Origin: Spirochaetia bacterium
Lineage (GTDB): Bacteria; Spirochaetota; Spirochaetia; DSM-2461
NCBI GenBank assembly: GCA_963668315.1
Contig: OY764216.1
Coordinates: 4,128,001-4,192,000, forward strand
Direction of reading: 5' to 3'
DNA: 64,000 nucleotides
In this document: piece by piece, positions 10,420-20,553 of the stretch
How the letters are laid out: every line of letters begins with the position of its first letter
Position numbering within the stretch: the first letter of the stretch is position 1
Translations under genes and position numbers: made by a program
The notes under the pieces: model-generated
Databases searched by the model: none
Told to the model about the DNA's origin: nothing
The model's input: only the letters and a program-made list of their open reading frames with translations

Positions 10420-12765
10420 TTAAAGTAGAGTGATTTTTACTTCTGGCCTTGTTCCGTCCACCCTCACTTTCATATCCCGGGGCACCGACAGTTCCAGCTC
10501 ATACTTATCTCCCGCCCTCTTCCAGGCGGCCTTAACCGGTCCTCTGGGCGTACGGACCGTCCCCCTGGCCCATTCCAGATTCCCGAACCGGGGATTCACC
10601 CCTATCTCCCCATATCCGGGAGCGGAGGGACGTATGCCCAGCACGGCGGAGGGCAGTTCCCAGAGGATGAGCGCCCCCCATCCGTGACAGTCGCTCCGGC
10701 TGGTGACCGGATCCTCCTCGCAGGTGGTAAGATTTTTCCCGATCATATCCCGCCAGATATCCCAGAGGCGGTCCGTTTCGCCGTACAGCCCGCATAGCTC
10801 GAGGGCCCGGAACAGATAGAACATCATAGCCACCGAACACTGGGCGAATTTCTCTTTATGGATTAGGGTCTCTCTCAGGAACCCCTTCCCTTCCTGCGGA
10901 TGCAGCGTTCCTGTAAGGACACCGAAAACCTGACAGTGCTGGCTGTACTCCTCCGTCTCCGGACCGTCCCTGAGCATGCCCGACTCACCGGTGCAGTGGA
11001 TTCTGATATTCTCCCTGAGCCTTTCCGCCTCCTCTCCGAACCTGGCCGACAAATCGTTCTGTCCGATGAACTTCATCAGATCCGCCCCGTACTGCAGCCC
11101 CAGAAGAAAAAGAAGACTTTCCATGGTCAGCGGGCCGTTTCTTGTGGCCCCGGGAGCTCCGATGGTTTCGTTCCACTCCTTCGTCCAGTCGATAAAGGAC
11201 CAGAAGGGCCCTTCCAGATTGGGCCCCCCCAGCTTCCCCACGATGCCCTGACCGGTCAATCTCGATCTGAAGAACTGCAGGACAGAGAGGACCGCCGGCT
11301 CATGATGCTCCACCAGCTCCCTGTCGCCGAAATACATCATGTGGTCATGAATCATACCTATGTAGTAGACGGCAAAACCGGGGATCAGATTGGGTTCGTA
11401 ACTGGGATAGGAGCAGTTGATCATCCCGTCCGCCCTCACAGAACGCCTGAAATCTTCCATGCACTGCCGGGCCAGCCGGTCGTCCGCCGAGAGGGCGTAG
11501 GTATAGAGGATCTGGTTCCGCGAGTCCATGGAGTACTGAAGCTGCTCGTAGAAGGGACAGTCCTCGTAAGTGTCGTGCATACAGCATCGAAGGGAACGCT
11601 CGCTGATATCCCAGATTTTCTCCATAGAGGGATCGGACGTCTCCACCTTCGTCCCCCTATCCAGGGGATAGCCGGTCTCCCTGAAACGGAATGACTTAAG
11701 GATCAGGGGTTCATCGCCGGTGACCACGGAGAGGCGGATATACCGGAATGTTCTGAACCAGTAAGGTTCGTACAGCTCCGCTTCCTCCCCGGTCCCCGCG
11801 CCGCCCACTTCGTAGCTGTCGGTGAATCCGTAGAGCGTTCCCTTTACATGGTCGGTCCTGTCGCCCTTGCGGGGCATCAGAAAACCGTCGGGATTCATCT
11901 CTCCCTCGTAGGCGTAGCATTCGGAGGTGAGAATGGTCACGCGGGCTCCCCCTCCCCCGGCCATGGCCAGGGAGAGATAGGCCGTTCTCTCCACCTCCCC
12001 GTCTATCTCGACAATCTCTTCGCTGCCGGGGGGAATTTCCAGGGGGCATTCCGACGTAAGCAGGGATTCCCAGGACGATCTATCCCGTGCGCTTTTCCTG
12101 ATGCATTTGATTCCTTTGAAAGATCCCACACGCCTCCGCTGAAAGGGGGTCATGCGCGGTTGGAGATTGACCGGGTGGAGGACTCCCGCCAGGTCGAAAA
12201 AAGTATAGACGCGGGCGCTCTGCCAGGGGGAATCATCATACCCGGGAGAGTGCATCCCCCGGCTTTCGTTGTCGCAGCGGGCCCTTTCAAAGATGTACAA
12301 AGGAGCGAACCGATCCGATTCGGCGTAGAATTCCACCGGCGCGGTTCTCATCTTCCAGGTCCCGTCGGCGATGAAGTCGGGTGATTCCCCCTTTTTCTCC
12401 CTATACCCTTTCAGATAGAGCCCCGGGCTGTCCGTCCTGAACAGGGAGTGATTCCCCCGGCGGTGCGCTTCGGGGTAGATCAATACGGAGGCGACGATCA
12501 CATTCTTCCCCGGGACAAGGGAAGCTCCGATATCCAGCGTATCGAAGTAACGGGTCTGATTGTCCCCCTTCTGGGGCCCCTCTTCCCGGAAGATGCCGTT
12601 CACATATAACTTGTAGCGGGAATCGGCGCTTAATTCGAGGAAAAGATGTTCCGGCGGAGTTTCGAACTCCATCACTTTCCGAAAGTGGACGATCCTGGCC
12701 CGATCGGTACCCGTCCTCCCCTCTTCCCGGTTCGGACCTATCCAGCCCAGTGGTGATACTGCCAT
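10420..12765 (-). CDS. Alpha-L-rhamnosidase (GH78), cytoplasmic
   Basis: SADSRYKLYVNG, FRTFRY, CMHDTYEDCPFYEQLQY, SFIDW and SDCHGWG motifs; start at ATG 12765 with GGGGAG RBS. Confidence 0.88.
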   Translation of the reverse strand: MAVSPLGWIGPNREEGRTGTDRARIVHFRKVMEFETPPEHLFLELSADSRYKLYVNGIFREEGPQKGDNQTRYFDTLDIGASLVPGKNVIVASVLIYPEAHRRGNHSLFRTDSPGLYLKGYREKKGESPDFIADGTWKMRTAPVEFYAESDRFAPLYIFERARCDNESRGMHSPGYDDSPWQSARVYTFFDLAGVLHPVNLQPRMTPFQRRRVGSFKGIKCIRKSARDRSSWESLLTSECPLEIPPGSEEIVEIDGEVERTAYLSLAMAGGGGARVTILTSECYAYEGEMNPDGFLMPRKGDRTDHVKGTLYGFTDSYEVGGAGTGEEAELYEPYWFRTFRYIRLSVVTGDEPLILKSFRFRETGYPLDRGTKVETSDPSMEKIWDISERSLRCCMHDTYEDCPFYEQLQYSMDSRNQILYTYALSADDRLARQCMEDFRRSVRADGMINCSYPSYEPNLIPGFAVYYIGMIHDHMMYFGDRELVEHHEPAVLSVLQFFRSRLTGQGIVGKLGGPNLEGPFWSFIDWTKEWNETIGAPGATRNGPLTMESLLFLLGLQYGADLMKFIGQNDLSARFGEEAERLRENIRIHCTGESGMLRDGPETEEYSQHCQVFGVLTGTLHPQEGKGFLRETLIHKEKFAQCSVAMMFYLFRALELCGLYGETDRLWDIWRDMIGKNLTTCEEDPVTSRSDCHGWGALILWELPSAVLGIRPSAPGYGEIGVNPRFGNLEWARGTVRTPRGPVKAAWKRAGDKYELELSVPRDMKVRVDGTRPEVKITLL

Positions 12766-12776
12766 GATAAACTCCC

Positions 12777-13613
12777 CTATCCCTTGATGGCGCCGCTGAC
12801 CAGTCCCGAAACCAGCTGTTTCTGAAAGAAAATAAAGACTATCAGGGGCAGCAGGGCCACGACGACCACGTCGGCGAAAACCAGATTCCACTGGCTGCCG
12901 AACTGGCTGACGAAACTGAAAAGCGTCAGAGGAGCGGTAACTTTCTTCGTCCCCGGAAGAAAATAGAGGGGACCGACGAAATCATTGAAAATATTCACCG
13001 TAGAAGTGACGATGACCGTAACGATGGCCGGCTTCAGCAGTGGCAGAAGTACTTTTCCGAACACCTGAAGGGGCGAAGCGCCGTCCACCACGGTGGCTTC
13101 GTCCAGTTCCCGCGGAATCGTCCCCATGAAAGATCTCATGACCAGGATGGCGAAGGGCATGTTGAGGGCCGTATTGACCAGAATCATACTCAGAAGGGTC
13201 TTGTAGAGGCCCAGCGCCCGGAAAACGAAGATGGTGGGAACCACGGCAGGGGGCAGAATGAGTCCGGCCAGCATAAGGGCGCTGACGACGGTCCCCAGCC
13301 TGTCGTTCCTCCGCTGAAGGACAACGGCGACAAGGGCCGCGCAGACGATGGTCAGAACAATGGAGCCGGCGGTGATCACAGAACTGTTGAAAAGGGCCAG
13401 GAGCATACGGTAATTCCCGAATTGAAGCACCTCTCCCAGGTTCCGGAACAGCTGCGGCTCTTCGGGAAATGAGAAACGGAACTGCCCCGCCGCCTCGGGC
13501 GTTTTGGCCGCCGTCATCAGGATGAAGATGAAGGGGATGAGATACAGCATACCTATGGTGATGAATACGAGAAAATCCACTCCGTAAAATCGGGCTTTGC
13601 TCTTTTTTTTCAT
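12777..13613 (-). CDS. Carbohydrate ABC transporter permease (MalG-like)
   Basis: IPRELDEATVVDGAS EAA loop; hydrophobic. Confidence 0.92.
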   Translation of the reverse strand: MKKKSKARFYGVDFLVFITIGMLYLIPFIFILMTAAKTPEAAGQFRFSFPEEPQLFRNLGEVLQFGNYRMLLALFNSSVITAGSIVLTIVCAALVAVVLQRRNDRLGTVVSALMLAGLILPPAVVPTIFVFRALGLYKTLLSMILVNTALNMPFAILVMRSFMGTIPRELDEATVVDGASPLQVFGKVLLPLLKPAIVTVIVTSTVNIFNDFVGPLYFLPGTKKVTAPLTLFSFVSQFGSQWNLVFADVVVVALLPLIVFIFFQKQLVSGLVSGAIKG

Positions 13614-14491
13614 AAATCCAGCTCCTTTCTGTTGAAGAATGACATCATGGGATAGGCGATTACCGTCACCAGCAGAAAAAGGACCACATTGCCCGCTGTC
13701 GAGAGTCCGTAGAATCCCGCGCCGTACTGTTTGAAAATGACCGAAGTGAGCACATCCGAGGAAAAGCCGGGCCCTCCGTGGGTCATGCTCCAGATAAGAT
13801 CGAACGTCCTCAATCCCCCGATAAAGGAGAGCAGGATGACGGTAAACATGGAGTTGCGGCTCAGCGGGAGAATGACGTGGCGGAACTTGACCCAGGCGCC
13901 TCCCTCCAGTCTCGCCGCGTCCAGAAGCTGGTCGCTGATGGAGATGATTCCGGCGATATAGATGATCAGTGCAATGCCTATTCCCCGCCAGATATCGACC
14001 AGGGCCACCGAATAGAGGGCCAGACGGGGATTTCCGAGCCAGTCCGGTCCGGTCAGACCGAAAAAGGCGAAGACATTATTAATAAGACCGTAGCTTGGCT
14101 GCATGAGGGCGGAAAAGGTGATTCCCACGGCCACGGTACTGATAAGTGTCGGAAAGAAGACGATGCTTCTGTGGACAGTCTTGAGCTTAACAGCGGAAGA
14201 AGTGAAGAGAACGGCCAGCAGAAGGGCCAGGACCACTTTCGAGCCGCTGGTTATCACGGCGTAGACGATGGTGTTCTTCAGACTGGTGACCATCATCGGG
14301 TTGCTCAGGAATGTCTGATAGTTTTTCAGACCGATGAAGGTGGCATCGAATAGAGTCCATCGGGTCAGGCTGAAATAGAATGCCAGAACCGTGGGAAGAA
14401 CAAAGAAAATGCAGAAGATGATGCCTGCCGGGATATAAAACCAGTGGGGATATGTCTTCAGCATGATCTGAGAATGTTTTTTGCTGTTCAT
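13610..14491 (-). CDS. Carbohydrate ABC transporter permease (MalF-like)
   Basis: FIGLKNY and LLDAARLEGG...FRHVILP; start at ATG 14491. Confidence 0.92.
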   Translation of the reverse strand: MNSKKHSQIMLKTYPHWFYIPAGIIFCIFFVLPTVLAFYFSLTRWTLFDATFIGLKNYQTFLSNPMMVTSLKNTIVYAVITSGSKVVLALLLAVLFTSSAVKLKTVHRSIVFFPTLISTVAVGITFSALMQPSYGLINNVFAFFGLTGPDWLGNPRLALYSVALVDIWRGIGIALIIYIAGIISISDQLLDAARLEGGAWVKFRHVILPLSRNSMFTVILLSFIGGLRTFDLIWSMTHGGPGFSSDVLTSVIFKQYGAGFYGLSTAGNVVLFLLVTVIAYPMMSFFNRKELDL

Positions 14492-14522
14492 GAGACCTCT
14501 CGATAGTTCGATAGATGAGAAA

Positions 14523-14548
14523 GCCGGGAGCCCCGGAGGCATCCCGGC
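14523..14548 (-). terminator. Intercistronic stem-loop after the sugar-binding protein gene
   Basis: GCCGGGA-GCC-ccgga-GGC-a-TCCCGGC inverted repeat. Confidence 0.45.
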
Positions 14549-14560
14549 CGACGTTACTTT

Positions 14561-15874
14561 TTACCAGCCCTGCAGCCCCAGCTGCTGAGCCTGCTGCTCC
14601 ACGTCCCTGTCATAGGCTTCCGCGGCTTCCTGAGCCGTCATGGAACCGGTACCCACGGCGGCGCACAGCTGCTGGAGATTGGGCCCCTTGACGGGGGAGA
14701 GAAACTCCAGTGCGGGGAAGGCCTTGCCCGAATCGATGTAACCGTTCAGATCATCAACGAAGCTGAGAACTTCACCGGGGAGCTTCGCCCCCTTGATGAG
14801 ATAAGGTCCGGCCGGAATGACCTTGGCATTGATGGCGTCGGTTCCCCGGGTGGATGCGGCGAAGGCCAGAAACTTCTTGGAGAATTCCACCTTGTCGGAA
14901 TTCTGCGGAATATAGAACGCCAGAGGCATCCAGAGGGTGGCGCCGTTTTGGGCGACATCCTTTCCGGGCAGGGCGAAAAAGCCGATGTCATTCACCAGAT
15001 CGGGCCAGCTTGTCGCCACGGTATTCATAACCTGGGTCAGCATGGGATAGTGGGCCACGCTGCCTTCGGCGAGCATCTGAAGGCCCTGCTCAAATCTCGT
15101 GGTAGCGAAATCCTTCTGATACCATCCCTTCTCGTAAGCCTCCTGGATATACTCAAATCCCCTGCGGGCCGAAGAAGAGGTAGAATATTTCACCCTGTTC
15201 TGTGTATAATCATCTGCGAAATTCGGCTGAGACTGGGCTACATTGTAAAAGTCTGCCAGGACGAACAACTGTGCTGTCCAGTCATCACCGAAGGTTGCCA
15301 GAACCGGGGAGATACCCGCCGCTTTAATGGTTTCGTTATTGGCGGCGAATTCTTCCCAGGTTCTGGGTTTTTCCAATCCAAGTTTCTCGTATATCCTTTT
15401 GTTATAGAGAATACCGCCTGCACTGGCGTATCCCACGGGAACACCGTAGATACCGTCTCCCTGGGAAACGGCGGGGGTGAAGGATTCGGAAACATTAGCC
15501 ATAAAAGATTCTCCGGAAAGATCAACCAGAGTCTGGGCAGGCCTGAGAGTCTGAAGCAGTGACCCGCAATTGTAATAGAAGATATCATTCATATCCCCCT
15601 GGGCGACTCTGAGCTTCACCAGATTATCGATCTCCACACCGACTCCCGGCGGTACCTCAACATCAAAGGTGATGTTGGGGTTTTGCGCCGTGTAGGCATC
15701 GATCAGGGCATTTATCATTAACTGGTCGTTCTGATTCTGCGATGTCAGCAGGGTCAGCTCCACCGGCTTGTCACCGTCGGCTTCTCCTCCGCCGTTGGCC
15801 CAGAGGGCTCCCGACATAACCATCCCCGTCAGCAACAGGGCGGCCACTCTTTTCAGATTTTCTCTGATTTTCAT
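14561..15874 (-). CDS. Sugar ABC transporter substrate-binding protein
   Basis: Signal peptide ending ALWANG; GIYGVP...ILYNKRIYEKLGLEKPRTWEEF motif of family 1 binding proteins. Confidence 0.92.
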   Translation of the reverse strand: MKIRENLKRVAALLLTGMVMSGALWANGGGEADGDKPVELTLLTSQNQNDQLMINALIDAYTAQNPNITFDVEVPPGVGVEIDNLVKLRVAQGDMNDIFYYNCGSLLQTLRPAQTLVDLSGESFMANVSESFTPAVSQGDGIYGVPVGYASAGGILYNKRIYEKLGLEKPRTWEEFAANNETIKAAGISPVLATFGDDWTAQLFVLADFYNVAQSQPNFADDYTQNRVKYSTSSSARRGFEYIQEAYEKGWYQKDFATTRFEQGLQMLAEGSVAHYPMLTQVMNTVATSWPDLVNDIGFFALPGKDVAQNGATLWMPLAFYIPQNSDKVEFSKKFLAFAASTRGTDAINAKVIPAGPYLIKGAKLPGEVLSFVDDLNGYIDSGKAFPALEFLSPVKGPNLQQLCAAVGTGSMTAQEAAEAYDRDVEQQAQQLGLQGW

Positions 15875-16013
15875 AAATTAACTCCTTATAAAAAATGGGG
15901 GACTGCTTTCAGATGACCCGAACCGGCGCACCGTCCCTTTGTCCCGCCGATCGGCACTTTTATCCTCTCTTTCCCTTTTCCTCCTTCTGCCGTGTCACTG
16001 CCCACGGATTGTA

Positions 16014-17039
16014 TTATTTCACCGGTGCGGGACCGGTCGATTCTCTGATGATGATACTGCTTTCGGCCGAGCGGCTCCTTGGGGGGCCGTCGTACCCGTT
16101 CATTCGGTCCAGCAGCATGAGAAAGGCCTGTGCTCCCAGATCTTCCGTATCCTTGCCTACCGTGGTAAGGCGGGGCACGGAATACCCGCTGTCGGGGATA
16201 TTGTCAAAACCGCAGACGGAAAGATCCTCGGGTATCCCGATTCCCAGATCCGCCGCCGCCCGGAGAACACTCATAGCCAGATAGTCATTAATCACCAGAA
16301 TGGCGGTGGGACGGTTTTCCCCTTCCAGAATCTCCCTGGCCCGATCGTAACAGGCTTCCTGTGTCGGCTCGCAGGAGATAACGGGGTTATCCCCGGGGGC
16401 GAGGCCTTTCTCATCAAGGAATTCTCTGTATGAGTCAAGCCTGTCGTAACCATTCTCTTCGTTGGCCAGGCCGCTCAGGAAATTGAAGCGGCGGTGTCCC
16501 TCCCCATAAAGATAGGCCATAAGCTCCTTAGTGGCCCGGTGATAATCGGATTTGATCCTATCGAAGGGACTCTCTTCGGCGGACATGTCCACGATGGCCA
16601 GATGGCTTTTCGCCAACAGCTTCCTCTTCTCTTCCCCATCCCGCACGTAGGAGGTATTGATGATGGCTCCGTCAATCCTCTTCTGGGACAATTCGTTCAG
16701 AGCCACATGCTCCTCGTTTTTCTTCAACGCCGTATGAAAAAGCATGATAATGTACCCGTGCTTGTGGGCTTCCCTTTCGATCCCGGCCAGATGCTGCCAG
16801 AAATGGGGATTATGGATATCGATAAGAAAGATACCGATAGTCATGGTGCGGCCCGACCTGAGGGTTCGGGCCTGCTGATTGGGGCTGTAACCGGATTTCT
16901 CAATCGCCTCCAGCACGCGCTTCCTTGTCTCCTCAGATATGGGTACGCCCTCTTCTGTCTTCCCGTTAAGAACATAGGAAACTGTCGCCCTTGATACTCC
17001 GGCCAACTCGGCCACATTTTTCTGCGTTACCCTTTTCAT
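16014..17039 (-). CDS. LacI family transcriptional regulator
   Basis: VTQKNVAELAGVSRATVSYVLNG HTH; IPEDLSVCGFDN; start at ATG 17039. Confidence 0.93.
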   Translation of the reverse strand: MKRVTQKNVAELAGVSRATVSYVLNGKTEEGVPISEETRKRVLEAIEKSGYSPNQQARTLRSGRTMTIGIFLIDIHNPHFWQHLAGIEREAHKHGYIIMLFHTALKKNEEHVALNELSQKRIDGAIINTSYVRDGEEKRKLLAKSHLAIVDMSAEESPFDRIKSDYHRATKELMAYLYGEGHRRFNFLSGLANEENGYDRLDSYREFLDEKGLAPGDNPVISCEPTQEACYDRAREILEGENRPTAILVINDYLAMSVLRAAADLGIGIPEDLSVCGFDNIPDSGYSVPRLTTVGKDTEDLGAQAFLMLLDRMNGYDGPPRSRSAESSIIIRESTGPAPVK

Positions 17040-17053
17040 TACCGATCCTTTGC

Positions 17054-17111
17054 CATTTACACGTGTAAGCTGATACGTGTAAATGATAAAGTCGGATCTT
17101 CTATCTGTCAA
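17054..17111 (-). promoter_or_regulatory. Sigma70 promoter with tandem LacI-type operators
   Basis: Minus-strand TTGACA-17bp-TATCAT (17111-17083); palindrome TTACACGTGTAA (17057-17068) plus a second imperfect copy TGATACGTGTAAAT (17071-17084). Confidence 0.75.
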
Positions 17112-17123
17112 GAAAAATCAATG

Positions 17124-17165
17124 AGAAAGGGCGTGCTCCTCTTTCTGAGGGGACACGCCCTTTCT
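17124..17165. terminator. Intrinsic terminator, probably bidirectional
   Basis: AGAAAGGGCGTG...CACGCCCTTTCT inverted repeat downstream of the oxidoreductase gene. Confidence 0.65.
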
Positions 17166-17220
17166 GATTAGGGGGAATTCCGAAGGCAGAGAAAATCGAG
17201 GCCCGGCGGGGAGTCTCTTT

Positions 17221-18351
17221 CTAAACGATCAGGCTGCTCTCCTCAAAGGAGACAAAGCTGTAATCAAGAAACCCCTTGGGCAAGGGCGGCATTTTCTCGA
17301 AGGTTGATGCCAAAGGATAAAAGGCTTTGCTCTCTCCGCTCCTGTTAAAACCGTGGAGCACTTCCAGAGCATGGTAGGCCATCTCCTTATTCACCCGATG
17401 CTTCCTCCCCTTGATCAGAGACCAGGCCATCTCGGCGGCCCCAAGCCCCCGGGATTCGGTTCTGAATCCGTGGGTCTGAGGGACGGAGGTATAGCCGTCG
17501 TTCCCTTTCAGGTAAACCTTCACGTCTCCGCCGAAATGATTCGGATCGGCCATCTGCATCACTCCCATGCTGCCGTGGACAACCAGCAGGGGCTGCTCGG
17601 GGAACTGGGAAATGCTGTTGCCCGTGAAGAGCACATTCCCCACCACACCGCTCTCGAAATTCATGATCCCCGAAACCAGGTTCTCGCACTCCAGGGTATA
17701 GGTTTCCCCCATGCGTTCCGTTTTCATGTAAGATCTTGTCCCATGAACGGTCTTCATCATGCCCGCGACCTCTTCTACCGGTCCGAAACAGCTCAGCAGG
17801 GCGGTGATATAGTAGATTCCCACATCAAAGCCTATGCCGCCGCCCCTCTGAGTCGTAAAGGGAAAGGCCTCCCCCATCAGAGCGCCGTCCCGGTTGAGGG
17901 AGCAGACGAAGGAGGTGACCTCTCCGATCATGCCCGATTCGATCACGTCCCTGGCGGTCTGGACGGCCGATCCCAGGAAGGTATCCGGGGCGACACCCAG
18001 GGCCAGACCCTTGCTGTCGGCCAGCTTGACCAGTTCCGCCGCTTCCTCCAGATCGGCGGTGAGAACTTTCTCAGAATAAACATGCTTGCCCCCTTCCAGA
18101 AGGGTCTTCACGATCTTGAAATGGGCGGGAACGGTGGTCAGATTCAGGACGAGCCCTATGGAATCATCGGCGATGATCTCCTCCAGGGTCATGACCTTTC
18201 CCCCGTAGGCCGCGGCGGCTTCCCTTGCCTTTGCCTCATCCAGATCGCAATAGCCGACCATATCCAGCACCTTGAACTTTTCACTGATGCTCTTCAGATA
18301 GGCCTGGCTGATCACGCCGCATCCGACTACGGCGGTTTTCATTTTTTCCAT
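17221..18351 (-). CDS. Gfo/Idh/MocA family oxidoreductase
   Basis: AVVGCGVIS Rossmann motif, GKHVYSEK, GIGFDVGIYY. Confidence 0.9.
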   Translation of the reverse strand: MEKMKTAVVGCGVISQAYLKSISEKFKVLDMVGYCDLDEAKAREAAAAYGGKVMTLEEIIADDSIGLVLNLTTVPAHFKIVKTLLEGGKHVYSEKVLTADLEEAAELVKLADSKGLALGVAPDTFLGSAVQTARDVIESGMIGEVTSFVCSLNRDGALMGEAFPFTTQRGGGIGFDVGIYYITALLSCFGPVEEVAGMMKTVHGTRSYMKTERMGETYTLECENLVSGIMNFESGVVGNVLFTGNSISQFPEQPLLVVHGSMGVMQMADPNHFGGDVKVYLKGNDGYTSVPQTHGFRTESRGLGAAEMAWSLIKGRKHRVNKEMAYHALEVLHGFNRSGESKAFYPLASTFEKMPPLPKGFLDYSFVSFEESSLIV

Positions 18352-18361
18352 ACTGTCCTCC

Positions 18362-19240
18362 TCAATTCTCATAACTTACAAAAGCGATTTTCCTGCTGTC
18401 CGGCGACCAGGAATTGACATTGATCGTCCCCTGCCCTCCCCGGAACCCGGCCAACAGCCTGTCATGGCTCCCGTCGGCATCCATCATTCTCAGCTCCACC
18501 CGCTTATCGGGCAGATGCTCTCCCGGTTCCAGCTCGCCCACGGCGTAGGCCAGGTAGACGATTTTCTCTCCGTCGGGGGAGCAGTGGGGAAACCAGCAGT
18601 TCTCCTCCCGGTCCATCATCTGGGTCTGTTCCGAACCGTCCGCGTTCATCCGCCACACCTGCATCCGCCCGCTGCGGGACGAATTGAACCAGATATATCC
18701 TCCGCAGGGGGAAAACTCCGGACCGTCGTCCAGCCAATCCCCCTGCGTCAGCCGGGTTTCATCCCTCCCTTCGGCGGTAATGGTGTAAATATTGTACTCC
18801 CCGTCCCTCTCTCCGCAGAAGCTGAGAAGATCCCCCCGGGGGGACCATCCGTGAAGATAACTGGGCCCCTTTTCCGTAACGAGCCGGGGGGTACCCCCCG
18901 TGCGGGGCAGAATATAGATACGGGAGACGATATCCTCATCACAGAAATGACTCACCGCCAACAGACTGCTGTCCGGGGAAAGGACATGGTCGTTATTGCA
19001 GGTGCGCACATGGGCCGTATCTATCTGCCGGATCTCTCCCGTCTCCAGGCGGTAATCATACATCAGTCCGTTGCTGTTGTAGATGAGGAATTGGCCGTCC
19101 CCCGTCCAGTTGGGCGCTTCGATAACCCTGTCAAAGGTGTGCAGTTTCTCTCTCTCCCCGCTCTCCACATCCATGATCTCCAATGTGCAGTGCTGATGTC
19201 TGTCATTCATTAACCGCAAAAGCTCATCCCTGTTAATCAT
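18362..19240 (-). CDS. TolB-like (PD40-repeat) beta-propeller protein without signal peptide
   Basis: Repeated P.W/FSPDG motifs (EAPNW, LSPDS, GWSPRG, PEFSPCG, SWSPDS); start at ATG 19240 after GGAGGA. Confidence 0.8.
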   Translation of the reverse strand: MINRDELLRLMNDRHQHCTLEIMDVESGEREKLHTFDRVIEAPNWTGDGQFLIYNSNGLMYDYRLETGEIRQIDTAHVRTCNNDHVLSPDSSLLAVSHFCDEDIVSRIYILPRTGGTPRLVTEKGPSYLHGWSPRGDLLSFCGERDGEYNIYTITAEGRDETRLTQGDWLDDGPEFSPCGGYIWFNSSRSGRMQVWRMNADGSEQTQMMDREENCWFPHCSPDGEKIVYLAYAVGELEPGEHLPDKRVELRMMDADGSHDRLLAGFRGGQGTINVNSWSPDSRKIAFVSYEN

Positions 19241-19255
19241 TCTTTCTTCCTCCCC

Positions 19256-19273
19256 TATGGCAACGTTGCCATA
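19256..19273. promoter_or_regulatory. LacI-type operator, copy 1
   Basis: Perfect 18-bp palindrome TATGGCAACGTTGCCATA, identical to 20320-20337. Confidence 0.85.
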
Positions 19274-19285
19274 TTCCATAAAAAA

Positions 19286-20302
19286 TCATACTTCCTTCCA
19301 TGATCTGACCGATCCCCTGTCGGCGAGATAGGTCTCGTTTATAATCTCCCGGGACTCCCTATCCCAATCGTCCCTGCGGGATAGAAGAAGGGATACCGCT
19401 TCCCGGCCCAGATTTTCCAATTCAAGCCCCACGGAAGTGATCGGCGGGGAAAGCATCATGGAGAGGGTATCATCATAACCGACCAGCGAGATATCATCGG
19501 GCACGATAATCCTCTTTTCATAGCAGACTTGCAGAAAACCGCATACAAAAAGATCGGATGCCATAAAAACGGCCGTAGGCGGAACATCCCTGTTCAGAAG
19601 TTCCTCCGCCGCGCGCCTTCCCTCTTCCACCCCGTAGGTATCCCACAGGGAGATCAGCGAAGAATCGATGGGCCGGCCCGCCTCTTTCAGAGCGTCCCGG
19701 TAGCCCCGGAGCCGCATCCTCTCCACCGGATGATCCGCTTCCCTGCCGACATAGGCGATACGCCGGTGGCCCCGGTCGGCAATATGCCGCACCGCCTCAA
19801 AGGCCCCCCGATAATCGGCAATGACAATTCGGTCCGTATGATCCCCTTCCCGGGTCCTCTCCACCATGACCAGGGGGATATTCCGGCCGGTAACCTTTCT
19901 CAGCACCCGCTCGTCCAGATAGGGATGGGAGGTAATGATAATCCCGTCGACCCTCCGGGCGATCAGTTCATCCAGGATATTCTCCCAGTTTCCGTCCTTC
20001 AGTTCCACCGTATAGGTCAGGACCTGATAGCCCACTTCATGGGCGGCGCTGTTCACGGCTTTGCTGATCCGTTCATAAAGCATATTGCTATTGAAAATGG
20101 TCAGATGGCCGATGAGATTCGTCTTCCTGCTTTTGAGCCCCTGGGCTACCCGGTTCGGGATATAGCCGGTATCCCGGATAGCCTTCTCCACCAATTCCCG
20201 CTTCTCGCCGGAAACATAACCGTTCTTTCTGACAACCCGCCCCACTGTCGTCAGAGAGACCCCGGAAATCCGGGCTATATCAACCATTGTCAGTTTGTCC
20301 AT
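19286..20302 (-). CDS. LacI family transcriptional regulator
   Basis: LTMVDIARISGVSLTTVGRV HTH; VPDDISLVGYDD. Confidence 0.93.
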   Translation of the reverse strand: MDKLTMVDIARISGVSLTTVGRVVRKNGYVSGEKRELVEKAIRDTGYIPNRVAQGLKSRKTNLIGHLTIFNSNMLYERISKAVNSAAHEVGYQVLTYTVELKDGNWENILDELIARRVDGIIITSHPYLDERVLRKVTGRNIPLVMVERTREGDHTDRIVIADYRGAFEAVRHIADRGHRRIAYVGREADHPVERMRLRGYRDALKEAGRPIDSSLISLWDTYGVEEGRRAAEELLNRDVPPTAVFMASDLFVCGFLQVCYEKRIIVPDDISLVGYDDTLSMMLSPPITSVGLELENLGREAVSLLLSRRDDWDRESREIINETYLADRGSVRSWKEV

Positions 20303-20319
20303 CCCTTACCCCATGCCCA

Positions 20320-20363
20320 TATGGCAACGTTGCCATACTATCAGAGAAATCCAGCTCTGTCAA
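20320..20363 (-). promoter_or_regulatory. Sigma70 promoter with overlapping LacI operator, copy 2
   Basis: Minus-strand TTGACA-17bp-TAGTAT (20363-20335) overlapping the palindrome TATGGCAACGTTGCCATA (20320-20337). Confidence 0.85.
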
Positions 20364-20553
20364 ATTTGCCATTGATCCCCCAAGCGATAGGGAACCGCCC
20401 TCATAAGAAACAGAACGGAATGTTCCGAATGATTGACATATTCCCGATAAGACCCGATCCCCTGGCGTCATCGGCTTCGAAAAACGGGACAGGGCTTCGG
20501 ATTTATGATCCGCCGGGGGCAGACCGTTATCACCTAAAAGCTCACCCCTCTCC

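Noticed and set aside
10420..12891. Longer ORF-track starts for several genes (12891, 17111, 19279, 37051, 43737, 46936, 59783)
   Set aside because: They overlap upstream genes, promoters or operators, or add motif-less extensions; downstream ATGs with RBS or translational coupling fit better.
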